From: an uncultured Spirochaetaceae bacterium
Lineage (GTDB): Bacteria > Spirochaetota > Spirochaetia > CADAEX01
DNA: 48,154 nucleotides
Assembly (NCBI GenBank): GCA_902787125.1
Contig: CADAEX010000003.1
Span: 1 to 48,154 of the forward strand
Direction of reading: 5' to 3'
Made by a program: the position numbers and the translations under genes. Positions 37,762 to 46,670 of the stretch are shown piece after piece; position 1 is the first letter of the stretch; every line of letters begins with the position of its first letter. The notes under the pieces were generated by a model. The model had not been told where the DNA came from, searched no databases, and saw nothing but the letters and a program-made list of their open reading frames with translations.

Positions 37762-39108
37762 GGCAAACAGAGCGCCGCATCCTTCTCCCGCAATAATCGC
37801 AGATACCAGTCCGGAAATCCCGAACAGCCTGTTAAGCAGATACATAAACGGAATATAGAACACCAGCTCACGTACTACTGCGTGGATAAATGTTCCAGTT
37901 CCGTTGCCCATAGCCTGCATGCAGAAAGATGAGTGGTAATTGAGGAACTGGAATGGGGATGCTATGCACCTTATACGCAGGAACACTATGCCGAAGGCAA
38001 TGGTGGTGAATGCCTCTTTTGAATAACTGGTGGAGGTGCTCATGAAAACCTGCACTATCGGAGATGCCAGGGCAAGGAACAGCACCATGCTTAAGGCGCT
38101 CACTGTCAGGCCGTAGCGGCGTCCGGTGCGGATGACGCTCTTCATCCTGTCATGGTTGCCAGATGCATAGTTATAAGCCACAATGGGGAGCATTCCCTGG
38201 CATATGCCGATGTTTATGGCATTGGGGAGCCGCTCGGCTTTCATAACTATACCTATTGCCGCCAGCTGCAGATCACCCCAGGCTGCCATGAGTATGTTAA
38301 GCACAATATTGGCTATATCGAACAGAAGTGTAAGGCAGGAGGATGGGATACCTACCGACATCAGGGCCTTGAAGTCTGCAATCCGCAGACCAAAGGCATC
38401 CTTCAGCCTGGTGCTGAGTGGTGCTGTAACAGATACCTTTTTCAGGAATGCCAGCAGGAAGATGCAGGATGCGCTGTTGGATATAGTGGTGGCAAGGGCT
38501 GCTCCAAGCACCTCGTTGCCAGGACTCATTATATGGAACATAAAGATAGGATCCAGTATCACATTCAGGATTCCGCCGCCGGAAAGACCTATGCTGGCCT
38601 GCTTGGAGTATCCTGTGTTACGCAGCAGGTGGGCGGCAGTAAGGGACACAATAGTAGGAAAGTTGCCTATGACCAGCACCACCAGCACATACTGTTTTGC
38701 ATAGGGCATTGTGGAGGGCGATGCTCCGAGAAAGCGGAGTATTGGAGTCAGGAACACTAATAGAAGCAGAGAATAGAGCAGGGCAGAAACCATGGCAAAG
38801 TAAAGACTGGCAGCAGCAACCTTTTTTGCGTTGTCCAGATCCTTGGCTCCCGAGAGCCGGGCAATCAGGCTGCCTCCCCCGATTCCGAACAGGTTGGCAA
38901 AGGATATATTCAGCATGAAAAGGGTAAAGGTGACAGTTACGGCAGCCATCATATAGGAGTTGCCGGTCCTGCCTATGAAGAATGTGTCTACAATGCTGTA
39001 TATCAGGTTTACCAGCTGGCTTATGATTGTAGGGACAGCCATAGCACGGATAGCCTTGGATACAGGCATGGATTCAAATAGATTCCTTTTGCCCTCGCTG
39101 ATTGTCAT
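37708..39108 (-). CDS. MATE-family efflux transporter
   Basis: About 466 aa from ATG 39108 (MTISEGKRNLF), with AGGA 9 nt upstream. It contains PTIISQLVNLIYSIVDTFFIGR, typical of MATE N-termini, and has 12 TM. The 3' end overlaps the EamA gene by 54 nt. Confidence 0.85.
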   Translation of the reverse strand: MTISEGKRNLFESMPVSKAIRAMAVPTIISQLVNLIYSIVDTFFIGRTGNSYMMAAVTVTFTLFMLNISFANLFGIGGGSLIARLSGAKDLDNAKKVAAASLYFAMVSALLYSLLLLVFLTPILRFLGASPSTMPYAKQYVLVVLVIGNFPTIVSLTAAHLLRNTGYSKQASIGLSGGGILNVILDPIFMFHIMSPGNEVLGAALATTISNSASCIFLLAFLKKVSVTAPLSTRLKDAFGLRIADFKALMSVGIPSSCLTLLFDIANIVLNILMAAWGDLQLAAIGIVMKAERLPNAINIGICQGMLPIVAYNYASGNHDRMKSVIRTGRRYGLTVSALSMVLFLALASPIVQVFMSTSTSYSKEAFTTIAFGIVFLRIRCIASPFQFLNYHSSFCMQAMGNGTGTFIHAVVRELVFYIPFMYLLNRLFGISGLVSAIIAGEGCGALFALALLHIYTKTCKNNSNT

Positions 39109-39133
39109 GTTTATGTCCTGTGATATTGTACAC

Positions 39134-39161
39134 AAAAAAAGGCATCCTGTAAAAGGATGCC
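39134..39161 (-). terminator. rho-independent terminator after ilvE (minus strand)
   Basis: On the minus strand: stem GGCATCCT, loop TTTAC, stem AGGATGCC, then T7. It sits between the ilvE stop and the MATE gene start. Confidence 0.75.
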
Positions 39162-39183
39162 TTTGAAAAAAATGCCTTTAAAA

Positions 39184-40209
39184 TCAGCAGATCTTTACAA
39201 CCCAGCCTTCCGGTCCCTTGATTCTTCCCATTTGGATACCGGTAAGAGTGTCGTACAGCTTCTTGGTGATAGGACCCATGGAGGTCATGCCGCTTGGGAA
39301 GCAGATTTCCTTGCCGTGGTCATTGATCTTTCCGACAGGAGAGATAACTGCTGCTGTTCCGCAAAGACCGCACTCTGCAAAGTCTGCAATCTCTTCCTTG
39401 TAAATCTCTCTTTCCTCAACATCGAGACCCAGATAGTCTTTTGCAACTACCATAAGGGATCTTCTTGTGATTGATGGAAGAATAGAGTTGGACTTAGGTG
39501 TTACAACCTTGTTGTCCTTGGTTACGAACAGGAAGTTTGCTCCGCCTGTCTCCTCAACCTTTGTCCGGGTTGCAGAGTCCAGGAACATATTCTCGTCGAA
39601 TCCTGCCTTGTGTGCATCTACGATGGCATGGAGGCTCATTGCATAGTTGAGACCTGCTTTGATATGGCCTGTTCCATGAGGTGCAGCTCTGTCGAAGTCG
39701 CAGATTCTAAGTGTAAGAGGTTTAACTCCACCCTTGAAGTAAGGTCCTACAGGGGTAACGAAAATTCTGAACTGATACTCGTCAGCCGGCTTTACGCCGA
39801 TAACTGCGCCGGTAGCGTTCATGTTAGGTCTGATGTACAGTGTTGCGCCTGAGCCATAAGGTGGAACCCATGCCTCGTTTGCCTTTACTGTGTCGATTAC
39901 AGCCTTGATGAACCGATCCTTAGGGAATACAGGCATCTCGAGCCGCTCTGCGCTCTGTTTCATACGCTCTGCATTCAGGTCAGGTCTGAAGCATACAATG
40001 CTGCCATCCTCGGTTGTATAAGCCTTAAGGCCTTCAAAACATGTCTGAGCGTACTGGAATACACCTGCACATTCTGTGATTGAGACAGTTGCATCAGAGA
40101 TGATAGCTCCCTCGTCCCATGCTCCGTTCTTGTAATTTGAAACAAATCTCTTGTCGGTCTGCATATAAGCAAATCCAAGATTTCCCCAGTCAATGTTTTT
40201 CTTTTCCAT
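39184..40209 (-). CDS. ilvE: branched-chain amino acid aminotransferase
   Basis: 341 aa. It contains FEGLKAY, YIRP, GTGHIKAGLNY and EETGGANFLFV, typical of class IV BCAT. Confidence 0.92.
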   Translation of the reverse strand: MEKKNIDWGNLGFAYMQTDKRFVSNYKNGAWDEGAIISDATVSITECAGVFQYAQTCFEGLKAYTTEDGSIVCFRPDLNAERMKQSAERLEMPVFPKDRFIKAVIDTVKANEAWVPPYGSGATLYIRPNMNATGAVIGVKPADEYQFRIFVTPVGPYFKGGVKPLTLRICDFDRAAPHGTGHIKAGLNYAMSLHAIVDAHKAGFDENMFLDSATRTKVEETGGANFLFVTKDNKVVTPKSNSILPSITRRSLMVVAKDYLGLDVEEREIYKEEIADFAECGLCGTAAVISPVGKINDHGKEICFPSGMTSMGPITKKLYDTLTGIQMGRIKGPEGWVVKIC

Positions 40210-40316
40210 AGTTCACTTCTCTTTTGATAAGATTTATATAAAAATTTTATCATTTAATAAAAAAATAGGGAATAGATTTTGTTGCAAAAAGGGGAGGAAA
40301 ATAATAGTATACAGGT

Positions 40317-40979
40317 ATGATCTGGTTTCCTTTAGGTGTTTTTGCACTTCTTATCATATTAGGTTTGACCTTTATCCCGGCTTCCAGGCGGAGTTCCGGC
40401 TTTATATTCAGCTGTGTCCTGGCTCTTCTGGTCTCTTTCCTGGTAAGCTTCCTCTACAGCTTCATAAAGAACTGTCTGCCCCTTACTGATGACACCCACA
40501 GGATTCTGGTCCATTATATGGTGCATGACCACCTTTTCTTCTACTTCCCTGGTGCGGCTGCAGTTATGCTGTGCATGCTCTGTCTCCGCAAAGAGGCTTC
40601 GATTGGAGAATCAAGGGCAATATGTCTTGTCCTTTCCTGCTTTTATATGCTGCTGGCTATGCTTGCCACATTCTTCTATTCCCCGCACGGATACTGGGCC
40701 GATCCCTATTTCCTTTTCTTCCTTACCGGAAGTCGTGTGCTTCAGTGTATTGTGATTGCTTTTGCAGTCCCTATGATTATTATTAAGCCGTATCAGTTCT
40801 GGAAGCTTATTCCTGCGCTTATTGTTCTGTCTGCTGTTCCGTTTGTCACAGCTTTTGTGTCATATCTCTATTATACCTGCCAAATCCATCAGTCTCTTAT
40901 ACTTCTGCTCTCCCTTTGCGGTGCTGCTCTGGCAGCTGTTGTTACACCAGCTGTAATTTTATGGAGGCATAAGGCTTGA
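40317..40979 (+). CDS. polytopic membrane protein, hypothetical
   Basis: 220 aa with 6-7 hydrophobic segments and no recognisable motif. Confidence 0.5.
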   Translation: MIWFPLGVFALLIILGLTFIPASRRSSGFIFSCVLALLVSFLVSFLYSFIKNCLPLTDDTHRILVHYMVHDHLFFYFPGAAAVMLCMLCLRKEASIGESRAICLVLSCFYMLLAMLATFFYSPHGYWADPYFLFFLTGSRVLQCIVIAFAVPMIIIKPYQFWKLIPALIVLSAVPFVTAFVSYLYYTCQIHQSLILLLSLCGAALAAVVTPAVILWRHKA

Positions 40980-41809
40980 GGCGGCTGCTTTGGGCTTTTA
41001 CAGCACTCCTTGCACTTCTTCTTGCAGGCTGCTCCGAAAAAGGAGATAAGCTTGTATTCTTCTACGACCGGGATTTCGGTCAGGTTGCAGAGTATACCCC
41101 GGCTCTTTTTCTGGGAGAGGAAAAGCCTTTTTTCAAAGAGATATCCGGTATTGCTCTGGAATCTGGTTATGCATTGAATCCTGTTTCTGTTGATATTCAG
41201 AAAGAAAATTATATCAATGCTTTTCAGAGCAGACTTGACAATTCCAGGAAGCAGGTTGTTATAACCTCATTCCTTTACAGTATACCTGAGATTCAGGAAC
41301 TTCTTTCCGATTATCAGGTTGCTGTGGTCGGTGCCGCCCTTGATATTCCTCTGGATAAGCTTGAGATTATAGGAAATGGTTTCAGAGTCATTGAGGAGGA
41401 GGGGCGCCTTCTTGTCTCAAGCGGCAAAAAAATAAGACTTGTGGCTCTTAAAAGCGGTTTCCAGCAGCTTATAAAAGAAGCTTTTTTAAATGGTGCCGGG
41501 GAGGATACCAAAGTGTTTGAGGCCAACCTCAATGCCCCAAGCATTATCATGCCCCTGTCCGATGACCTTATTGTGGCCAGTTACGGACCATGTTTCAAAA
41601 GCTTCTCTTCTCCCCAGAGCAGGACTGGAACCATCCGGGTTCTTAACTATCCTGGAGCGCCTGAATATGTGGATCCATATATGAAAAAGAAGGTGGAAGC
41701 CTATATCTGCTATGATTTTGCCACATCATTCAAGAGTGCAATTATAGAAATTGCTTCCGGCCAGAGTGAGAAAAAAAGCTTTTATTCCTTTGACCTGATC
41801 AGGCGATAG
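40976..41809 (+). CDS. lipoprotein, hypothetical
   Basis: 277 aa. A TTG start overlaps the upstream stop. The signal peptide has a lipobox (ALLALLLAGCSEKG). Confidence 0.5.
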   Translation: MRRLLWAFTALLALLLAGCSEKGDKLVFFYDRDFGQVAEYTPALFLGEEKPFFKEISGIALESGYALNPVSVDIQKENYINAFQSRLDNSRKQVVITSFLYSIPEIQELLSDYQVAVVGAALDIPLDKLEIIGNGFRVIEEEGRLLVSSGKKIRLVALKSGFQQLIKEAFLNGAGEDTKVFEANLNAPSIIMPLSDDLIVASYGPCFKSFSSPQSRTGTIRVLNYPGAPEYVDPYMKKKVEAYICYDFATSFKSAIIEIASGQSEKKSFYSFDLIRR

Positions 41810-42626
41810 GAGGGTAGGTGTTCACGAACACCACCTTGTTCTCCACCTGCTCCACACCTTCATAGGCTGCAACTGCCTGTCCAACCTGGTCAATAAGACC
41901 CCGGACCTCAACAGTACCCATGATGGTGGCAGTCTTGTCATGGACATCCACCTCCAGGAAGTGGACAGGAATCTTCTCCTCATACAGCAGATAGATAACA
42001 ATCTTCTGGGCAAGATAGAGTTCCTTGATCCGTTTTACCAGCTTTTCGGTGTAGTTCTCATGGTTGAACACCTCGATTGCCCCTTCCATCATCTTGTATA
42101 CAACTTCGGTGCCCAGGACATCAGTGTTGATGACCATATCGTAGGAGCCTGGGTCATCCCAGGACATATTGTAGAAGAAGCGGGTATAGCCGGCTCTTTC
42201 TTCATCCCGCTGGTTAACCAGCTTCCTGGCTGCTTTCTCGTCCAGGTGGTAGCGGTCCATAATCCGGCCGACACGTACATTCTCGCTTCCTATGATTCTG
42301 ATGCGGAGGACTCCCGGTACATTCTTCAGGAAGAATGCGCCGCCGCGGCCCAACAGAATGCACTGTGGGGTATCAATGACTTTCTCGAAGAAATAGAGCT
42401 TGAAATAGTTGTTGTATTTATCATGCTGATTTGAGAAACTTGCCAGTAAGCCTGGTTTCTTCTCGTCAAACTTGGAAATGCTTTTCTCTGTGATGCCGTA
42501 GTAACCTGCCAGCTCTTTGTTGATAAGATCTCTTGAGATGAACTGCCAGCCGAAACGTTCTGCCAGTCCCTGGGAGATTTCCTTGCTCAGACTTCCTTCC
42601 TGCCGTGCGATAGTGATGATAGCCAT
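41799..42626 (-). CDS. cytidylate-kinase-like family protein fused to a C-terminal BON domain
   Basis: 275 aa. The N-terminus IITIARQEGSLSKEISQGLAERFG resembles the cytidylate kinase-like family but with a degenerate P-loop. The C-terminus VDVHDKTATIMGTVEVRGLIDQVGQAVAAYEGVEQVENKV has the BON pattern. Confidence 0.65.
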   Translation of the reverse strand: MAIITIARQEGSLSKEISQGLAERFGWQFISRDLINKELAGYYGITEKSISKFDEKKPGLLASFSNQHDKYNNYFKLYFFEKVIDTPQCILLGRGGAFFLKNVPGVLRIRIIGSENVRVGRIMDRYHLDEKAARKLVNQRDEERAGYTRFFYNMSWDDPGSYDMVINTDVLGTEVVYKMMEGAIEVFNHENYTEKLVKRIKELYLAQKIVIYLLYEEKIPVHFLEVDVHDKTATIMGTVEVRGLIDQVGQAVAAYEGVEQVENKVVFVNTYPPIA

Positions 42627-42693
42627 ACATATACCTCCATGGTAATTTTACCACATATTTGATAAAAAAGGCAATTGTAAAAATAAAATGAAT

Positions 42694-42723
42694 TTGATAT
42701 AATTAATAAATCAAAATTATAAT
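42694..42723 (+). promoter_or_regulatory. sigma70-like promoter for efp
   Basis: TTGATA (42694-42699), a 17/18-nt spacer, then TTATAAT (42717-42723). The context is AT-rich. Confidence 0.45.
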
Positions 42724-42754
42724 TATGTAAACTTTTTAAATTCGGGGTATAAAA

Positions 42755-43327
42755 ATGAGCGAAATTATCAAAGCTGTAGCAATTGATAAGGGAATGTTCC
42801 TTATGATCAAGAATGCACCTTATTATGTTGTGGACAGAGAGTTTGTAAACCCAGGAAAAGGTTCCGCATTCTGCCGTCTCAAGCTTAAGAACCTTCTGAA
42901 CGGCCAGGGCCTTGCAACCACCATGAAGTCCAACGAGGATGTTGAAGTTACAGAGGTGACCGAGTGCAACTGCCAGTATATGTATGCAGATGACGAAAAC
43001 TACTATTTCATGGAAAGCGAGTCCTTCGAGCAGTTTGCTATGCCACGGGCTGGAATGGAAGATAAGATCTACTATATCCGGGAAGGAGAGGAATACAGAG
43101 TTATCAAATGGGAAGGCAATCCTGTAGATATCAAGCTTCCTCCAAAGATGGTGTTTGTTGTTGCCGAAGGTTCCGAAGGTATCAAGGGCGATACAGTCAC
43201 CAAGACAACAAAGCCTGTCAAGACAGAGACCGGTCTGGTTGTAAAAGTTCCTCTGTTCATCAAAGAGGGAGAGAAGATTCTGGTAAGCACAGACACTGGC
43301 GAGTACCAGGAGCGTGTTAATAAATAA
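42755..43327 (+). CDS. efp: elongation factor P
   Basis: 190 aa. It contains VNPGKGSAFCRLKLKNL (the modified-Lys loop) and the C-terminal KVPLFI.EGE.I.V.T..GEY..R. Confidence 0.95.
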   Translation: MSEIIKAVAIDKGMFLMIKNAPYYVVDREFVNPGKGSAFCRLKLKNLLNGQGLATTMKSNEDVEVTEVTECNCQYMYADDENYYFMESESFEQFAMPRAGMEDKIYYIREGEEYRVIKWEGNPVDIKLPPKMVFVVAEGSEGIKGDTVTKTTKPVKTETGLVVKVPLFIKEGEKILVSTDTGEYQERVNK

Positions 43328-43343
43328 CTTGTTATAATACAAT

Positions 43344-43376
43344 AAAAAAGCCGGTCATCAAGACCGGCTTTTTTTG
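43344..43376. terminator. bidirectional rho-independent terminator between efp and the convergent mscS-like gene
   Basis: A6, then stem AGCCGGTC, loop ATCAA, stem GACCGGCT, then T7. It is usable from both strands. Confidence 0.8.
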
Positions 43377-43396
43377 TATCAGCGTCACCAGTAAGA

Positions 43397-44260
43397 TCAG
43401 ATGTTCTTGATCTGGATCTTTCTTGATGGCAGTGGAATTCCCTGCTCCTGGAATGCATGTACCAGTGCGATGTTGTTCCAGGATTTTGCTGTTCCCTTGT
43501 CATCTACATTTGCAATTGTGATGTATGCGATCAGCTGGATTCCAAGCTCCTCGAAGGAAGCAATACGTACATCTGCCTTTGCCCCTTCCTTGTTGGCAGG
43601 GTTTTTCTCTATGGTCTCAGCCATGACCTTCATAGCCTTATCCACGTCGGCAGAGTAGTCAATCTTGATTGTTGTGTCGATTGCCACGCTCTTGTCATCG
43701 CCGAATGTATGGCTGTGGCATACTTCGGAGATAAGCATGGAGTTAGGAACAATCAGAGTCTCATTCATAAGTGTTGTCACTACGGTGCTTATGAAATTGA
43801 TCTTTGTGATATAGCCTTCTGTTCCGGAAATTGTGATTCTGTCACCTTCTTTGATAGGGCCTGTGAAAAGGATCACCAGACCTGCAGAGAAGTTGGAGAT
43901 AAGGGTCTGCAATCCAAAGCCGACGCCTATACCTAAAGCACCAAGGATAACTGCAATGGATGAAAGGTTGATGCCAAGCATCGTAAATCCTATGAACAGA
44001 GCCAGGACAGTGATTCCGTAGCTCACTATCTTTACTATACGGAACTGGGATGTCTCAGAGATAGGTTTGTTCTTGATTGAGAACTTGATTACTTTGCCCA
44101 CCAGCTTTCCTATCTTCTGTGCAATGATGATTACAGGGATGAAGAGCAGCAGGGTAAGGATTGAGATGTTGATGCTTCCTGCTGTCAGGAAAGGCTTGTT
44201 GATAAATGCATAAATGGCATTGAGCACATCCATGACACTTTCTGGAAGAATATTTTCCAT
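43397..44260 (-). CDS. small-conductance mechanosensitive channel (MscS family)
   Basis: 287 aa with 3 TM. The pore-helix block is ILGALGIGVGFGLQTLISNFSAGLVILFTGPIKEGDRI. Confidence 0.85.
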   Translation of the reverse strand: MENILPESVMDVLNAIYAFINKPFLTAGSINISILTLLLFIPVIIIAQKIGKLVGKVIKFSIKNKPISETSQFRIVKIVSYGITVLALFIGFTMLGINLSSIAVILGALGIGVGFGLQTLISNFSAGLVILFTGPIKEGDRITISGTEGYITKINFISTVVTTLMNETLIVPNSMLISEVCHSHTFGDDKSVAIDTTIKIDYSADVDKAMKVMAETIEKNPANKEGAKADVRIASFEELGIQLIAYITIANVDDKGTAKSWNNIALVHAFQEQGIPLPSRKIQIKNI

Positions 44261-44281
44261 TCTATTTTTCTCCTTTTTAAA

Positions 44282-44473
44282 TTATTTCTTGGGGTTGTCG
44301 GTGGAATAGAATCCACTTCCTTTAAAGATAATACCCACAGAAGAGTCCTGTGGAATAATCTTTTTTACTGCCTTGCCACATTTGATGCACTTCTTTATAG
44401 GCGCGTCAGACATGGATTGCTCAACTTCGAAGACATGCTTACAGCTCTGACATTCATATGTGTAAATAGGCAT
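44282..44473 (-). CDS. FmdB-family zinc-ribbon protein
   Basis: 63 aa. It contains MPIYTYECQSCKHVFE...CIKCG, two CxxC pairs with the family N-terminal signature. Confidence 0.8.
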   Translation of the reverse strand: MPIYTYECQSCKHVFEVEQSMSDAPIKKCIKCGKAVKKIIPQDSSVGIIFKGSGFYSTDNPKK

Positions 44474-44500
44474 TTTATTCTGTTCCTTTGTGTTAAATAA

Positions 44501-44752
44501 TTATTTCTTCATCTTTCCGAAGATATAGCCGAATGCTGCACCGGCAGCACCGCAAGCCAGGATCTTGAGCCGGATAGTGCCCAGGTCGGCAGCTTTGGCT
44601 GCAAGTTTCTTTACTCCATTTGAAGCAGGCAGGCACAGTGTCTTGAGTGAAATCATGTTTCCGTTCACTTTTCCAAAGATAAGGTAACCGATTACCAGAC
44701 CTACAATAATCCAGCATACAATTGCTACGATATTGCTGTTCTTTTTACTCAT
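44501..44752 (-). CDS. small two-TM membrane protein, hypothetical
   Basis: 83 aa. Its ATG overlaps the nifU stop (ATGA). It has two hydrophobic or Gly/Ala-rich helices. Confidence 0.5.
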   Translation of the reverse strand: MSKKNSNIVAIVCWIIVGLVIGYLIFGKVNGNMISLKTLCLPASNGVKKLAAKAADLGTIRLKILACGAAGAAFGYIFGKMKK

Positions 44753-45348
44753 TTTCTTCCTCCGAAAATATGAAGATAATCCTCAAAAAGCTCCTTGGCT
44801 TTCTCGACACAGCCGCCGCATACCTTGCCCAGCTTTGTCTTCTCCTGAAGCTCCTCAAAGGTTTTTCCGCCCTCTTTGACGAAATTCTCGATATCTGCGT
44901 CAGTTATATTGTTGCATACACAGATTACTTTTGCAACTTCTTTTTCAAGCATATCCTCTTTGCCTGTCTTCTTGCAGTAATCCTCGATTGCTGCCCGGAG
45001 AGCCCGGTCGCCCAGTACAGAGCAGTGGATCTTGTGGTCCGGCAGGCCGCCCAGCTGACCTACGATATCTTCGGGCTTGATTTTGTATGCCTCTTTAATA
45101 GGCATTCCTTTCACCATCTCGCTCATCATGGATGTGCTGGCAATGGCACTGGCGCAGCCGTAGGTCTTCCACTTGATGTCTGCAATCTTGTCATCTTTAA
45201 CCTGAATGGCAACAAGCATCTCGTCGCCGCAGGTTATATTTCCAACCTTTCCCCAGCCGTCAGCCTTGTAGTTTGCTTCGTCTTCCAATATATTGCGCGG
45301 ATTTGTGAAGTGATCCTTCACCTTCTCGGTATATACCCATGAAATCAT
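44749..45348 (-). CDS. nifU: NifU-type Fe-S cluster scaffold (IscU-like domain plus BFD-like [2Fe-2S] domain)
   Basis: 199 aa. It contains GNITCGDEM, TYGCASAIASTS, HCSVLG, and VCVCNNITD...CGGC. Confidence 0.88.
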   Translation of the reverse strand: MISWVYTEKVKDHFTNPRNILEDEANYKADGWGKVGNITCGDEMLVAIQVKDDKIADIKWKTYGCASAIASTSMMSEMVKGMPIKEAYKIKPEDIVGQLGGLPDHKIHCSVLGDRALRAAIEDYCKKTGKEDMLEKEVAKVICVCNNITDADIENFVKEGGKTFEELQEKTKLGKVCGGCVEKAKELFEDYLHIFGGRK

Positions 45349-46550
45349 TTTGTCTCTCCTTTCTTGTATACAGTGGACATCTTACGTATTCTCCCGATTA
45401 TCGGAGGAAGCTTCTCAAGAACGTAGTCTATATCTTCCTCTGTGTTCTCCCGTCCCAGGCTGAAGCGGATTGATCCGTGGGCCAGCTCTGCATCGACTCC
45501 GGTGGCCATAAGGACATGAGATGGCTCCAAAGACCCTGTTGAGCAGGCAGATCCTGTGGATACCGCTATGCCCTCCAGATCCATGTAGAGGAGGATAGAC
45601 TCACCCTCGGCCCCGGTGAATGATACATTCAGGGTGTTGGGGAGAGTGTGCTCCTGGTTTCCGTTTATCTTTATGTCCGGGATAGTTGCAATTATTCCAG
45701 CCTTAAGCTTATTCCGCAGTGCCATAAGCCGTGCTGATTCTGAAGCCAGTTCCTTTTCTGCCAGTTCTGCTGCCTTGCCAAGGGATACAATTCCGGTGGT
45801 GTTCATGGTTCCGGCACGGCGTCCTGCCTCCTGATGTCCTCCGTGGACGAACGGGCAGTAGGGAGCTCCCTTCCTTGCATAAAGGATACCTATTCCTTTG
45901 GGTGCATAAATCTTGTGGCCTGACATGCTCAGATAATCGATGCCCATAGCCTTCACATCAATAGGAATCTTGCCGATAGCCTGAACTGCGTCGGTGTGGA
46001 AAAGAACTCCCTTCTCGTGGCAGATCTGGGCAATCCGCTTTATATCCTGCAATGTACCGATCTCGTTGTTGGCAGCCATTACAGATACCAGTGCTGTCTT
46101 GTCAGTGATCAGGTCATACAGCTCCTCTGGGTTGACAAGGCCGGTTGAGTCCACCTTCATGAACTTTGTGTTTATGCCGCTTCCTTTGAGGAACTTCACT
46201 GTCTCAAGGATGGCAGGGTGCTCGATTGGGGTGGTGATTATCTCGTTCTTCACACACCTGGAGCAGTATTCTTTAGCAACGCAGGAGCTTTTCTGACAGC
46301 CTACATATTTAAGCACAGTATTGTCAGACTCAGAACCCCCTGCAGTAAAGATGATCTCGCTGGGGTCAGCATTTATAAGATGGGCAATCTGCTCCCTTGC
46401 CTTGGCTATGAGCATTCCAGCCTCACGGCCGTAACCATGCATGCTGGAACCGTTTCCATATACATCCAGGGACTCTATCAACACCTTTTTTACTTCGGGA
46501 TGGATAGGAGTGGTGGCATTATAATCCATATAGACATTTCTATGATCCAT
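45345..46550 (-). CDS. nifS: cysteine desulfurase, NifS type
   Basis: 401 aa. It contains YMDYNATTP, the PLP site SGHKIYAPKG, the active-site loop STGSACSTGS and the C-terminal SIRFSLG. Confidence 0.92.
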   Translation of the reverse strand: MDHRNVYMDYNATTPIHPEVKKVLIESLDVYGNGSSMHGYGREAGMLIAKAREQIAHLINADPSEIIFTAGGSESDNTVLKYVGCQKSSCVAKEYCSRCVKNEIITTPIEHPAILETVKFLKGSGINTKFMKVDSTGLVNPEELYDLITDKTALVSVMAANNEIGTLQDIKRIAQICHEKGVLFHTDAVQAIGKIPIDVKAMGIDYLSMSGHKIYAPKGIGILYARKGAPYCPFVHGGHQEAGRRAGTMNTTGIVSLGKAAELAEKELASESARLMALRNKLKAGIIATIPDIKINGNQEHTLPNTLNVSFTGAEGESILLYMDLEGIAVSTGSACSTGSLEPSHVLMATGVDAELAHGSIRFSLGRENTEEDIDYVLEKLPPIIGRIRKMSTVYKKGETK

Positions 46551-46670
46551 GATAACTCCTGAAATTCTTAGTAAAATATACTAAATATATAGGTTATATT
46601 CAAGTTGACCACAGAAAACTGTACATTTTTCAGTCTCTATGTTATTCTTTGATTGATTTAGGAGATACTA

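Noticed and set aside
44749-46550. nifS-nifU as evidence that the window encodes nitrogen fixation, functionally tied to the nif-like cluster at 15.5 kb.
   Set aside because: The NifS/NifU pair, with an IscU-like N-domain and a BFD-like domain, is the general Fe-S assembly system in several anaerobic lineages that do not fix nitrogen. It lies 26 kb away on the other strand, so it is not specific evidence.
46568-46584. TTAGTA-AAATA-TACTAA palindrome just upstream of the nifS RBS, a possible IscR/Rrf2-type operator.
   Set aside because: The arms are only 6 bp long in a very AT-rich intergenic region, so it is easily a chance palindrome. No regulator gene is adjacent, and I keep it only as a note.
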